In this document: in pieces, positions 43,852 through 57,880 of the stretch
How positions within the stretch are numbered: position 1 is the first letter of the stretch
Layout: every line of letters begins with the position of its first letter
Origin: Octopus vulgaris
Lineage: Eukaryota
Reading direction: 5' to 3'
DNA length: 64,000 nucleotides
Assembly (NCBI GenBank): GCA_951406725.2
Contig: OX597822.1
Location: forward strand, 55,180,001 to 55,244,000
Position numbers and translations under genes: made by a program
Notes under the pieces: generated by a model
Told to the model about the DNA's origin: nothing
Seen by the model: the letters and a program-made list of their open reading frames with translations, nothing else
Database searches by the model: none

Positions 43852-43905
43852 TAGCAATAATGATAATAAATTCGACATGCCAATGTTTATCTACTGAGTG
43901 CTTAC

Positions 43906-43935
43906 CTTTAGACACGAAACATCTAATTCATCCAT
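43906..43935 (-). CDS. TRPA1: Candidate first coding exon of TRPA1-like gene (MDELDVSCLK)
   Basis: ATG preceded by an in-frame TAA; 10 codons ending at a strong donor AAG|gtaagc. Phase 0 matches the next exon (LASKGD...). No homology support, so tentative. Confidence 0.45.
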
Positions 43936-44685
43936 GAGAAAATAGGAAATCCAGAGAGAAATTGGAGAAACGTCTTACATAACAAGTTGAGTCGTTCTAA
44001 TTGAGCGATTCCGACCTCTATCTATGCACTATGTATGTATGTCGAACAATGATTATGAATGATGTATGTATGTATGTATTTATGTATGTATGTATGTATG
44101 TATGTATGTATGTATGTATGTATGTATGTATGTATGTATGTATGTATGTATGTATTTTAGCATGCATTTATGTGTGCGTGTGTGTGTGTTTGAGGGTGTG
44201 TTTGAAGGTGTGTATTTGTTTCTTCTGCATGTTGACTTTGCCTTACGTGTCCAGGGTAACACTGGGGGAGGGGAAATCAAATATTTACGTTGAATGATAC
44301 ATTTTTTGTGCGCGCGCATATATAAATATATATGAGCTTCGATGGACCTATTTTATGGTGTTGTTGCCATTGCTGTTGTTGTTGTTTGGCATCGATCAGT
44401 ACCGATCCAGTTGGCTCATTTTGTTAATGCCTGCTTGTGCATCCATTACAAAAACAAAACAAAAAACTCATACACACAGAGATTATGCAATTATGAGCTT
44501 CCTGATAGTCAGAGAGAAAAATATAACATTTTTCAATAGAAAGCAATAATTTATACAGTTTATACTAAATAAAGCAATCTTGAGGTTGATCTTAGCATTG
44601 TATAATTATATTGTTGTTGATTTTGTTGGATGTTGTTATTAGTATTACTATTACTGTTGTGGCTGTTATCATCATCATCATCATC

Positions 44686-44720
<35 letters not shown>

Positions 44721-44722
44721 TA

Positions 44723-44790
<68 letters not shown>

Positions 44791-45033
44791 AGGTGGTGAG
44801 CTGGCAGAATCGTTAGCGCGCTAGACGAAATGTTTAGCGACATTTCGCCCGTCGCTACGTTCTGATTTCAAATTTCGCCGAAGTCGTCTTTGCCTGTCAT
44901 CCTTTTGGAGTCGATAAAATAAATACTAGTTGAACACTGGAGTCGATGTAATCGGCTGATCCCCTACCCCCAAATTGCTGTCCTTATGGCAAAATTTGAA
45001 ACGATTATTATTATTATTATTATTATTATTATT

Positions 45034-45569
45034 GAGTGAGAGAGCAGTGAAAGCCATCGCAGTGACACTAGAGTAAAATATACGAAGCCCAGTATACCCA
45101 TCATGACTACCCGTCTGATAAGGGTACACTAGGCTCATGTATCACAAACATGTGCGCGACATGGTGATCTCATATCAAGATAAACAGCGCATGACCTTGC
45201 AGGTGGGGCCCAGTTAGAAATTTCTTCTGGTCGAGTAACCCATCCCGCTCAAAAGGTCCCTGAATAAGGGTCATTGAATGATGTTTCCAGGGGTGAATTA
45301 TTCAAACCCCAAAGAATCCCTCTCAACACATGGCTATGATGCTCCCCCACTACTTCTGCTCGTGATCAGAGATACACATATCGTCGGCCACTAAGGGACA
45401 TGCTCAACTGGTTAAGGTCAAACAACTGACAAGCAAATCTGTGGTATTGAGCAGAATATTTGCTGTAGCCCATCTTTTATACTAACACAAAACGATGTAC
45501 ATGATAACACACTTCCAATCAGTTAAGATCAGAAGCCATGAGAGTCATTGCCTGGTACTGCATGAGGGC

Positions 45570-45570
<1 letters not shown>
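45034..45570. mobile_element. Copy of the (ATT)n-associated element with both termini
   Basis: (ATT)n on both sides; same termini as 26155-26655. Confidence 0.8.
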
Positions 45571-45645
<75 letters not shown>

Positions 45646-45782
45646 TCAGCTGTTGATGCATTGCTCCGCATGTCTTTTAATTGGGCATTTCCTAGATAAT
45701 CATTGTCCACCCAATAAATGTATTTTCAGACGTTCAGAATTCGTAGTAAAACAATATATTTAACAACAAATGTATTTGCTAA

Positions 45783-45821
<39 letters not shown>

Positions 45822-45847
45822 TGAGTGTATAAACACACACAAACACT

Positions 45848-45889
<42 letters not shown>

Positions 45890-48099
45890 ACACTCACACA
45901 CACGCACACATGTATATCTGTATATATAGGGAAAATGCTTTGCTGTATTTGTACTGTTCTAAGTTCATATACCACTTTGCTTTTCATCCCTCCGTAGTCG
46001 ATAAAAAACTAACATTGAAGTATTGGAGCGAAGGCACAGTTCAGTCCTTGTTGCGGTGTGTTAGTTTGTGTGCCTCAATAATCCCGAGAGATATGCCAGC
46101 GGATTTCAAGTTCCAGGTAGTGTCGCCCATAAAGGGACAGATTAGAGGGTAAAGGCCAGACTAATACAGACATCCGATCCCAGAGTTTAAAATGGGTTTG
46201 TGTACGGAAAACAGCCCTGCCTAGGAAAAAGCAGTTACAAAAGAATCGATAACAATTCAAAATCATCAAAACCTGGGAAGTGAAGTAGAAAAATCAGCCC
46301 AGAGTCTAGAACAGTGGAGAAAAGTTGTTGATGGCCTTATGTTCCACAAGAAGCGAAGGGCTTAAGTAACAAGTACTGTTGTCAATGGTATCGACTAATC
46401 TATTCCCCCTCAAAATGGCTAACCCTGTGCTTGAATCAAAAACCGTTATTAAATGCATTATAAAGACTTAGGCTAGTTGTTGGTTGGTACAACGGGAATT
46501 ATCCCTAAAAAGGATGTTTACTCTCTTTGATGCTTATCAGAAAATATATCGTACAAAGACAGTAGTATTGTAACGCTTATATCAGTTTATTCATCGATCA
46601 ATAATAACAAACAAACTTTTAAAGTTGTTAAGCTTCTCACACAAAACTATAGACTAATGCATTTTGTATGATGTAACTTAATAATTTCAAGTGTACACAA
46701 CCATTAGTTGTTATTTGTTAGATGAATTTGATGTTTGATGATGTTATTTGACGAATTTGAAAAAAAACTGCCGACCAAATGCTGCAGTGATTTGCCGATT
46801 GTATACCATATTTAACAGCAAATAATGCTATCCTTCGTAAATATCTTTGACACGTATTTGTTTGTTCAGAGTTATTAATATCGCATATTAAATACCAAAT
46901 AAGCTACTTGAGCTGACGTCACCGACCTTTATTCAGACGAACAACATGGAGATTACTACTAACAACTCAGTGGGACTGTGTAATCAACAGGGTAAACTCC
47001 CGTTTTAGGGAGAAGCTCAGAGGTCAAGGTCACACCTCTCCTCTCTAACTTTGAACGTTGTTGAAAGAGCTTCACTATACTCTAATGGATTGCATAACTC
47101 CAGCTCTGAAAGCATCCCGTAGTATCCTTCAGCATAAAATCTACCGTGATTTCCAACTACTACCACTGATGAATATTTCTTCTGGAAACTTTTGCGACTG
47201 ACGGAACCAGAAAACAAATCAGTGGACGACTGTACTACAAAGGAACAGTGCAGAGTAGACTACCTTGCCAACGGAAGTAAAGCTTAGCCGGACTTCTTCC
47301 TTCTTATTTTAATTCTATTCTGTCTCATATCAGTGGCCTGCGTCGACTTTCACCTCAGGATCTTCCTCAGTCACTGGACATTATACTTACTAATGGCCAC
47401 CAACAAACTGTTGTTTCCCAAGTGCAATTTCTTTTATATTTTTTATATAAAATAGAAATATTTTAATAGTTCTGCATAAGATAGAGTTAATCTGCAAAGA
47501 ACCTTTAGGAGCTTGACACAACTATTTTGTAATAATTATCATAATTATTCATTAGATTTATAAAGAATAAATAATTACATCACCTTTATTTAATACGAAA
47601 GTAAATTAGTTTAGACAATCAACCCTCGTTGTAATTTGTAGGCTAGGGTAGCTAATGTGGTTTAGACTTTACCCGAAAATCAATGGCAAAACGTATTTCT
47701 AGAGCACAAGCTTGCGCCCTCAAATTCTTGAAATTCAACGAACGTTCAACCGCTGAATGGGTTATCATTTTGTGGTTAAGAAGTTCATTTCGCAATTATG
47801 TGGGTTAGGGTTCAATTCCCCTGCGTGACTCATTGAACAAGTTTCTAGTACGATATTGTTAACCGACCCAAGTCACATAAAGGAAATTTGGTAGATGGAA
47901 AATGTATGAAACCTCACTGAAGGGAGCATTTATGCTTGTGGGTGATAGATCTAATCACTAACCCGGTTTAACACCAATACCTGGTTCTTAGATACTTTTA
48001 GCAAATTTCCATTATGTTGCAAACATCAAAGCTGGGTTTCCGCGTTTACATTAACTGCTTCCTTTTCTATCATTCTCAGAGATTCTGGAAGTGTTACAG

Positions 48100-48880
48100 G
48101 TGCTATCATTTCATACCAGACTGCGCTATAAAGCTAAATGAAAATCCCACAATTTGGACCTGCGTGGAAAGACTTATGTGGCCCGAGACAGGAAGTTCGC
48201 CTCTATTGTGGTGAGATTTGAAACCGCAGAAGGAGCAAGAGAGCACTCGGTTCCGACTTTGAAAACGAACAAGGTGGTACTTCTATCATCATATCTGGGA
48301 CGTAGAACGTCTCGGATAAAATTGAAAAAGTACCACCAAAGATAGACGCCACCTGAGTGGTGGCGGGCCTATGTTATTTGAGAGAAGAAAAAATACCCAT
48401 ACTACAAATAACCCGTTCTGCACCCCAAAATTGGTTGGGACAGACTAATGAGATTCTGATACAGGTGACACCTGAATATCTGGAAAAGATACCAGACAGC
48501 ATGTTGGCTAGAGAGGACATCGATTTTAAAAATACAAGTCGAGGGGAGGAAACCACGCTGTTTAAGTGTAGGCAGAAGAGCCACTTGCGAGTAGAATGTG
48601 GCTCTCCCAACACAGAACCCCCACCTCTCCATAAAACGAGGAAGAAGGTAAAAAAAGAAGAAAGAGAGGAAACCAGAACAGAAACCAGCGGAGAAGACTA
48701 CAGTATCAGAGAATACAGAGAAAATTCCCCACCTACTGACGATATGGAGGTCGTCGATCAGGAGGGGGAATTTCAGGTTATCTCCCGGAAACAGGCAAAG
48801 AAAAACATTGTGTCCCCAACTCCCTCAAACCCCACCCCTTTACTCACACGACCCTCAGGGACAGAACGGTACTGATAAAT
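48100..48880 (+). mobile_element. LINE ORF1/gag-like remnant
   Basis: Decayed zinc knuckle LFKCRQKSHLRVEC and low-complexity C-terminus in ORF 48357-48875. Confidence 0.5.
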
Positions 48881-49674
48881 TATGACGTAAAAGACAGCTC
48901 TAGACTTTGCTGGAAATCAGTTAACCAACCTGTTCGAAAGAACCTTCAGGCCGGTGTATCTGGATAATTACCAGAAATGCCTGGCCTAGTTGTGTTACCG
49001 ACTGGCCTTACCTGTTCGAGAGAGGCTATCAAGGCACGGGCGTGCCATCCCACTGACCTAATCGACTACACCTCCCAAAATATTTCGGACTTTGTGCCTA
49101 GAGTAGAAAAGTATATGAAGGTTTGGTCTTTAAGCACAAAAATTCATATTCATGAATGATTTTAAAGATTTCTTAAGCGGGTGACTTCACGTTCGGCTGA
49201 GAGTAAAATTGAGGTTACCCACCTTTGGCTTAAGTAGAAGCTTGCGAAGTTCAAACACACCTCTTACAATAGATTGTCTTTCTTTTTGCCATTAACAGCT
49301 GTTCTACTCACACGAAAGACACTTTCTCCGTCTACTGACAGACACCTGCTTCAAAGAACGGCTCTAACTTCCCTCGATTACGGCTCTGCCATTGTAAATA
49401 TATAGGACTGTTTAGTCAGGCTCTGGCAAGCAGGAAGATGGCATAATTACGGTTGGAATGGTTTTCATCAAACGTTTATTCGATCAAAGCTGATGCATCC
49501 ACATCAAGGACTCCTCATTATGAACGCTCCCAAGAATGATCCACCATTACAAGGTTTCTACAATTAGTTTCTTTGGTGGTTTTAGTTATATTGAAACTGT
49601 TGACTTGCCTTCCACTAAGTACTGAAGCTATCCATTACCACGCACCATTTCCTCATTTCCTCTGTTTAATACCC

Positions 49675-49707
<33 letters not shown>

Positions 49708-49847
49708 ACTCGCATTCCATCTTTCTATTTACCTACCTACCTACATACATACATACCTACCTATCTGTGTATCCATCCATCCATCCATCCATCCATCCAT
49801 CCATCCTTATTTAATGTCTCTATATCCTTGTCTTTCATTCATTTTCC

Positions 49848-49897
<50 letters not shown>

Positions 49898-50584
49898 CTA
49901 TCTACCTATCTATCTATCTCTTTCTCACTGTTCTTTTAAAAATGCCCTATAGTGCATGAATATCAACAACGACCCACTCCAAACTCTATCTACCAGCTCT
50001 GTGAAACACCTTAATATTAAGCAACCTCTCCGTATTTGCTCAATAAAAAAAGCCAACGCCCTAATCCTATCGCATACAATTACAACACACAAAAACCATA
50101 CATAAACTCTCTATATGAATCTAATTTCATGACGTAGCCCTCTTACATCCATACTTCTCTCGCTCTTTCTCTTTCTCTTCTCCTTTCCATCAACTTCTCT
50201 TCTATCTATTGATCTGTCTTAGAAACATACACATACAAACAACGAAACACATACAAGCGTAGGTTGACATAATTTCGACACCTTCAATCCATTAGTTAAA
50301 ATCAATAATGTCACACGATTTATCCAACAGGGAATATTTGTCTAATACCACTGGGTATAATGATTATGACAGCGGTCTAACTCTGCATTTAGGAATTTGA
50401 CTCCTCCGCCACGTATTACTTGATAATAGATGCGATCGATTCCAGTACAATCCAGAAACACATGACCGTTGTCAATTACCAGGATGTTTGTTGTCACATA
50501 GACAATGTTTAGTAGCAACAATAAACAAAACGTAAAGCAAAAAGTATATGTGTGTGTGTACATACATGTATACATGCATATATA

Positions 50585-50645
<61 letters not shown>

Positions 50646-50682
50646 GTGTATGTACATGTATGTAAATATATGTGTATATTAT

Positions 50683-50734
<52 letters not shown>

Positions 50735-50835
50735 ATCCAAACAAGAAAACAGAAAAAAAGAGAAAAAAAAACACAGCAAAGCAGGACGTGGAACAATTAA
50801 AGTATTATTGACGCTCAGGAAAGAAGGGAAGGAGA

Positions 50836-50870
50836 GTTTAACGTTTCGAGCGGAGCTCTTCGTCGGAAAC
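50836..50870 (-). ncRNA. Very small hammerhead motif (CCGACGA core variant)
   Basis: gttt-CCGACGA-a-gagc tcc gctc-GAAA-cg-TT-aaac; palindromic ACGT stem III; module sits between (TA)n tracts. Confidence 0.6.
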
Positions 50871-50949
50871 AAGGAGAAGGAAAGATCCCAAGAAGGGAAG
50901 ACAGAGGAAGAAATATTTGAGCTGGTGGCGCTCAAGAGATCACATGTTG

Positions 50950-50991
<42 letters not shown>

Positions 50992-51379
50992 GTTAGATAA
51001 GGTTGGTTTATGGGATTACTCTGAGTTTCACGTCTTTAACGAGGGGCCTGGATTTTCTAGGAGTCTCCATGATATTGTGTATGGAATCCCATCGTCTTTC
51101 AGCTGCCATATAAGGAGTCTTTGGAGTCGGATTGCTCGACCCAGGTCGAACCTTTATTGAACAGCACTGTTTTTCTGGCGTGCATAATGACTTCTATATC
51201 CCAGTCGCTAACATTAGTGATGTCGCCAACAAAGGAAAGTGTCTTGATCGATAACCCTTTGGTATAGACGTGTAAAAATTGCCTATGTCAAACTAAGTGA
51301 ACCTTGCTCTGCCTCTCACCTTGTTGGTGTTAAACCATGCAATCACCTCGTTGGTGCTATGCCATAGGAAAGGTTGGTG

Positions 51380-51737
51380 GCTCGCCTTATGTCGTTCAGG
51401 CCCCTACATAAACGGGACCAAGCGCTGTAAACTATGCATAGCGGAACAGGCGAGGATTCTTAAAGACTTCCTCGAGCCTGGAGAACATCGTTAACTCCTG
51501 AACGGAGGTCTTCAGACCGTACTTGCATTTCAGGAAATTCATAACAGGCTCTCTGGCGATCGATAGCCAAAGGGAGATGATCCTCTGTTGCTGACATTGA
51601 GTAACGAGGTCCTTTCTTCCTCTATATTCTAGAGATGCCTTAAGTCAGCAGGTTTTGGGGTCTGACGATACGCAGTAAAGCTAAGCACTTTATGGACTTG
51701 AAATTCAGGTTAATCCCATAAACCGGCCTTATCAAAC

Positions 51738-51745
<8 letters not shown>
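51380..51745 (+). mobile_element. Penelope-like element 3' end (GIY-YIG C-terminus plus pLTR)
   Basis: GPYINGTKRCKLCIAEQARI resembles the PLE motif Y.N..KRC.LC..EK..I; a hammerhead follows. Confidence 0.65.
51657..51717 (+). ncRNA. Hammerhead motif 3' of Penelope GIY-YIG remnant
   Basis: ggggt-CTGACGA-...ggactt-GAAA-ttcaggt-TA-atccc; an inverted partial copy at 51012-51035 reads GAAA-ctcagag-TA-atccc. Confidence 0.5.
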
Positions 51746-51813
<68 letters not shown>

Positions 51814-51988
51814 ACGGGCTTCTTTCAGTTTCCGTCTACCAAATCCACTCCCAAGACTTCAGCCGTCCTGAGGATATAGTAGAAGACACTTGGCCCAAGA
51901 TGCCACACAGTGGGACTGAACCCGGAGCTATGTGGTTGGTAAGGAAGTTACTTACCACACAACCACTCCTGCGCCTATATATATATAT

Positions 51989-52037
<49 letters not shown>

Positions 52038-53650
52038 CCTCACACACATATATATATGTAAATATACACACACGCACGCATACATTACACTCTTCTTCAG
52101 TGGCCTTCAATATCCGCCACTGCGTTGTGAAACGAGCTGTGTACTTTCCCCACTTTGTTCGGCATCTTTCTTGATGTTATGCTGGAACACGTCTTTGAGG
52201 CATCAATTAATGGTGTTTATTCCACATTAAACCGTATGAAAGACTCTTCAGTCAATTCCGGCTGAGAAAGAAACGCAAAATATGTGACGTACTCAATATG
52301 GACATGTTTGTAGGCTTAGTGACATAGGTAATGCACATTGAAGAGCTACTGCAACGTGTTATAGATACTCAAGAGCCAGTTGGACAATCGGCCAGCAGAA
52401 AACCAAAATGTTGGGCCAAGACAGTGAGCAACCACCTGATACTATCATCAACAACTGCGGATAGGAGAAAGTCCTTAAGCTCACGTTCACAGATATCTTC
52501 TTCGTAAAGTCTCAGATGAAAAGATAGATCAGAAGACCGTTTTCAGCAACTGTTAAGCTGGCAAAAAAAAAGTCTGTAAGAATAGCAAGCTAAGGACAAG
52601 CTTCAAGATTGCAATGCACATAGCCTTCACCATCATCTCAATGTTTCACGGTAGCAGATAGCAAGACAAGAGACCTCTTCATCAGATAAGAGCAACTTTC
52701 AATATCTTCTTATTTCGCAACCTGTGACTCATTCTAGACGGCAAGTGGTGTAACCGAGCCACCATCAATAAAGTTGTGACTTACGCATAGAAAGCAAGCC
52801 TCTTCATTTGCTCTAAGATACCCTTCTTCATTTGCGCCGAAATACTCGACCTCCTTATCGTGTTTTTTCCACGTGCCCTTCGTCTCACATAGATGGATCT
52901 CAAATGACCTCTTGTCCGGGGAAATGGCCTTCGGCTGTGGAACCTAACTGTAATACCATTTTAAAGAAGTCTACTGGAAATCAACGTCGAAAAGTGAAAG
53001 CACAAACTAGGCGGAAGTTTTAAATAAATGAAGAGAAGAGTAGAGAAGTTCAGGTACGCTGCTAAAGAAAAAGAGATTCTATAAATAAACAGCACTAGAA
53101 AAATACTGACAGAAAGTGTCTTCACTGTGCTGTGACTTTGGTCGCAGCAGAGGTTATTCAAAAAACAAGACTGGAGCAACATTTTCTAGATGTAGATCCA
53201 CGATCTCGCGACACTAAGGGATGCCCAAATTACCATATATGCGTGTGTGTGCGCATGTAAATATATATCAGACACACACACATACTAACATATATACATG
53301 CACACATACATGTATTCATACATGCCTGCATACATGCTTACATAGATGCATACACGCACACATACACACACACATACACACACATACATACATACATACA
53401 TACATACATACATACATACATACATACACAGAAACAACAATAACCTGTTGCTGATGTTGAAATTCCAATGAAGGAGCCCTGGATCGAGGCTAGAAACCGT
53501 TTCTTACTCTATTGGCAAGGAATCTTGAAATAAACTGAATAATGACATACATACATTCATACATACATACATACATACATACATACATACATACATACAT
53601 ACATACATACATACACACATACATACATACATACATACATACACACACAC

Positions 53651-53698
<48 letters not shown>

Positions 53699-53970
53699 TA
53701 AAATAATAATAATAATAATAATAATCCTTCGATGGAATTTATGGTTATTTTAATGTATCACTACGCGCGTTTCCACAAATCACATGTTTCTTAAGATCAT
53801 AGTCCGTATTTCTGGGATGATTACAGTGCAGTCCGTAGTATCCTTGGACATTGGGTAATGGTGTATCGCCTGATGAAATGAATGCATGAACATGATCTAT
53901 CTAATGTCCATGAATAATAGCGATGCATCAAATATTTATAAATTCCATTTAAGGATTATTATTATTATTA

Positions 53971-54045
<75 letters not shown>

Positions 54046-54099
54046 TTATCCTATATTATATCGGCACAGCTCGGTGCGACACCAACAGGCATCATTAGG

Positions 54100-54352
54100 C
54101 TTTAGCCGGCATAATAGAATAGGAGTTTGTTGATTTGGCTCAAAAGCAAATAGCAAGGCCATGTAGGGGGACATGGAGTTAAGTACAGGGTGGTGTTCAT
54201 GTAAAGAGTTCAGGCCACTTGAGGTCCAGGGAGGCTTTGAACAAAGCGGTCGTCGGCATCTTCACCATCTCGTCTGGCAGCTTGTTTCACGGATCCGCAA
54301 CCCGGACGGAGAAAGCTCCTCTCCTTCGATTGAGATGAAATCGTCGCAGGTA
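54100..54352 (-). mobile_element. CR1/L2-type LINE 3' fragment
   Basis: RRGAFSVRVADP*NKLPDEMVKMPTTALFKASLD. Confidence 0.7.
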
Positions 54353-55707
54353 ATGTATGTATGTATGTATGTATGTATGTATGTATGTATGTATGTATGT
54401 ATGTATGTATTTATGTATGTATGTATGTATGTATGCATGTATGTATGTATGCATGCATGTATGTATGTTTGTATGCATGTATGCCTGTATGTATGTATAC
54501 TTAGCAAGCAAGCAACAAAGTCATTTTATCATTAGAAAGATCTGCAGCTTTGCTGCAGCATCAATGATTGCATAAAACAAACTACGGTTATCAAGCTCTG
54601 CTGTCTATTCCGCAATCCAATTGGTCAGTAGTATTTTCTAAAGGCAAGATGCTGCCATTTAAATATAAGAAACCATTTGTTTTACTATCTCATAATGATC
54701 AACATATCCTGTTTCAGTATTTGTTGTATTATCTAAAAAAACTTTTAATATAAACAATATTATATGATTATGCATTTGTAAATGACATGTTGACGTATAG
54801 TAATATCATCTTAGTCCCTGGCGGATTAGAACCGTGAAATGCATTGGTTCTCCGTCGGTTTCGATGATGAAAGTGGAGTTGTTCAATCAGCCGAACTGTC
54901 GGGTCATTAAGTTAGTGTGTACGTCGCTGGATATTTCACAGACGCTTGCACCATCAAAGTAATTCTCAGGCAGAATCAGTTGGACACATAGCATGGCACA
55001 AGACAGCATACCTACAACAATTAATGAAAGCATGGTGTGTGCTATATGCTACAGGGTCATAGCTCTTGCACACACACACACATATCAGTGTTACTCGGGC
55101 TCTTCACAGATTTAGCATAAGACACATGACAGCTCAAAGGATTTCACGCTTTCCCGCTTTATTTCTAACTCCAAATAGCTTATTTTTTATATCGAGCACT
55201 ATGTTTTTCTCCATTTCTAAGTTAAGAGTAAAAATAAAGTAACCCAGTAAAACACAACTGATCTTTACACACAGACGCACAGAGTAACAGCAATCAAATA
55301 ACGACAGCGGAGTGCACAACAAACAATCATTGATCTGACTGTCGTCGGTACACTTGACAAGAGATACCAGTTACTCTTTTACACCTACCAGGCTCGTTCT
55401 TATTAGCCCGAGTTGCCGCATATATTTTTTCGTTCTTTTAAGAATATTGTACAACGGAAACTTTTCATAGATTGGAATTTAAATCCTAATCTCTATAGAA
55501 ATTTATTGTTTCAAGAAAACAATGAATTTGAATTGCTTTTCATTTTTATGTTTATAGATAGCGACTCGGTCTGTAACTTCTGAGCCCGAGGAGACGCGTG
55601 TGAACGATGTCGAGAGAGCGTCAGCTCCAAATGATACTTTTTGATACAGGGTACCTCTAAGACTACCGTCAGACGTTGAATGAAAATAAATGAACTGCGA
55701 CGGGGCT

Positions 55708-55770
<63 letters not shown>

Positions 55771-55771
55771 T

Positions 55772-56190
55772 AGTCTTCGAATCAGGCTTCTGCTTTCTGG
55801 TTTTGAGAAGCCAGATAAGATTAGTATTTAGGTAGCGTGTTACTGCCCCAATAATTACAGGTATAAACCTGAACTTGTAATCTGGATGGAGTAGCTGTAA
55901 ATTTCTCAATACTTCAGCGTAAGTATTTTCTTTTTTGCTGATCTTTAGTTTTATGTTAACATTCACAGGGCAGCTGATTTTTACAACTGTACACAGTTTC
56001 TCTTCTCTGTCCTAAATTATAATATCAAGTTTATTATGTTTACATTTTATTGAAGTTTTCTCTGGGACATTCCACCAGTACTCCTATTTATTATGAGTGG
56101 TTATGAATTCTACCATACTGTACGTTCTTATTTCTTTGGCCTCGGGTTGTCCATCCGATGGTTCTTTTTATTCAGTGTCCTAGCTACAAT
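55772..56190 (-). mobile_element. RLE-type retrotransposon fragment
   Basis: NIKLKISKKENTYAE.LRNLQLL.PDYKFRFIPVIIGA. Confidence 0.7.
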
Positions 56191-56292
56191 ATCATACATA
56201 TGTATGTATGCATGTATGTATGTATGTATGTATGTATGTATGTATGTATGTATGCATGTATTTATGCATACACACACACACACACACACACA

Positions 56293-56341
<49 letters not shown>

Positions 56342-56428
56342 GTATAAGGATGAAAAGGAACACAGGAGTTGACATATATGAAAAAACAAGTGAAGATAGA
56401 AAATGCTAAAATAATTTTATAAAGAACA

Positions 56429-56471
56429 TTTCAGTACCGGTTTCAGTCATTTGAGACCATTTCAACTGTAA
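56429..56471 (-). ncRNA. Hammerhead motif, left arm of fold-back 56374-56690 (A9 mutated)
   Basis: cag-TTGAAAT-ggtc tcaaat gact-GAAA-ccgg-TA-ctg. Confidence 0.5.
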
Positions 56472-56591
56472 CGATTAAATAATTAAATTTAGAAAAATTA
56501 AAAGAAAATGCCACTTATATTTGAACACTATACAAATATTCTTTTAAAAAAATCTTTTCTTTTAATTTTTCTAAATTTAATTATTTAATCG

Positions 56592-56634
56592 TTACAGTTG
56601 AAAAGGTCTCAAATGACTGAAACCGGTACTGAAA
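56592..56634 (+). ncRNA. Hammerhead motif, right arm of fold-back 56374-56690 (U3-A8 variant)
   Basis: ttacag-TTGAAAA-ggtc tcaaat gact-GAAA-ccgg-TA-ctgaaa. Confidence 0.65.
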
Positions 56635-56679
56635 TGTTCTTTATAAAATTATTTTAGCATTTTCTATCTTGACTTGTTT

Positions 56680-56770
<91 letters not shown>

Positions 56771-57059
56771 TGTATGTATGTATGTATATATATATGTATG
56801 TATAACTATAAGAAATATTTAACGCAATTTGTTTTCTTGACTTAATCAGAGAGTGAAAGGCAACGCTCGTGGCCTTTTCGAAGGTTTTTGACTCGGGTGG
56901 AAGGCAGAATGACAGATTGATATTCTTAACTTGGAAACCTGATCACAAAGATTACGACCTTAAAAGTATTTTCGAACTTTGACCATAGGGAAGTGTGATC
57001 AGTACTGACTTTAAACTAAACAAAAAAGAGAATTTATAAATTTTCTAGCTACGCAATTT

Positions 57060-57810
57060 GGGAGGTTAAACAAAACACACACTTCCCTCCAACCGAACAT
57101 GCTTTGGTATTTCTCAGACGAGAAAAAGTTCTGCTAGGATCAGATGGTGAACACACAGAACAACCGATGGCTTGACGTGACCCCAAAACATGTACCGAGA
57201 ATGATAAAAATCAAACATCAGTCAACATCATGGTGTTTGGAATGATCACTAGTGATGGCGATTTTATGCCTCCTTTCATCTTCCCACACGGACTCAAACT
57301 CAATACGGAGGCCTACATCAAGTGCCTGGAGGAGGCAGTGCTGCCCTGTGTCAAGAGGGTGGCTGCTGGAAGACCCTATATCTGGCAACAGGACTTTGCA
57401 CCATGCCACACAAACAGGAGAACCCAGTAATGGCTGTCAGACAATTTCTGCGTCCACATCACTCTTAACATCTGGCTATCTAGCTCCCCAGACTGCAACC
57501 CCCTTGATTATTAAATGAGGGGCGCAGTTGAGCGAGAGACCAACAAAACTCCTTGTAACACCAAAGAGGAACTGAAGGCAAGGATTATTGCAGCATTCAC
57601 CAAGTTAAACAAGGAGACCATCCAGAAAAGCTGTAGGAGATTCCGAAGTTGTCTGGAGGCCTTGGTTGAAGCCAATGGCGAGTTTATTGAATAAATTTAT
57701 CCTTTAGTATTTCAAGATATTTTTATGTAATTTTGGTAAACGTATCTGTCAAAATGACTGTCAATGTTATTTTCATTTTTGCGTAATTTAGACGACTGTT
57801 TATGTACCGC
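57060..57810 (+). mobile_element. Tc1/mariner DD37D (maT-like) transposase remnant
   Basis: FSDEK...WQQDFAPCH...SPDCNPLDY; 37 residues between the second and third Asp; internal stops. Confidence 0.88.
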
Positions 57811-57849
57811 ACCTTGTGTATGTGTATTAATATATATATATATATATAA

Positions 57850-57880
<31 letters not shown>

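Noticed and set aside
46940-47430. Possible exon or small gene with GT donors near 47263 and 47391
   Set aside because: No sustained open frame or recognisable protein motif
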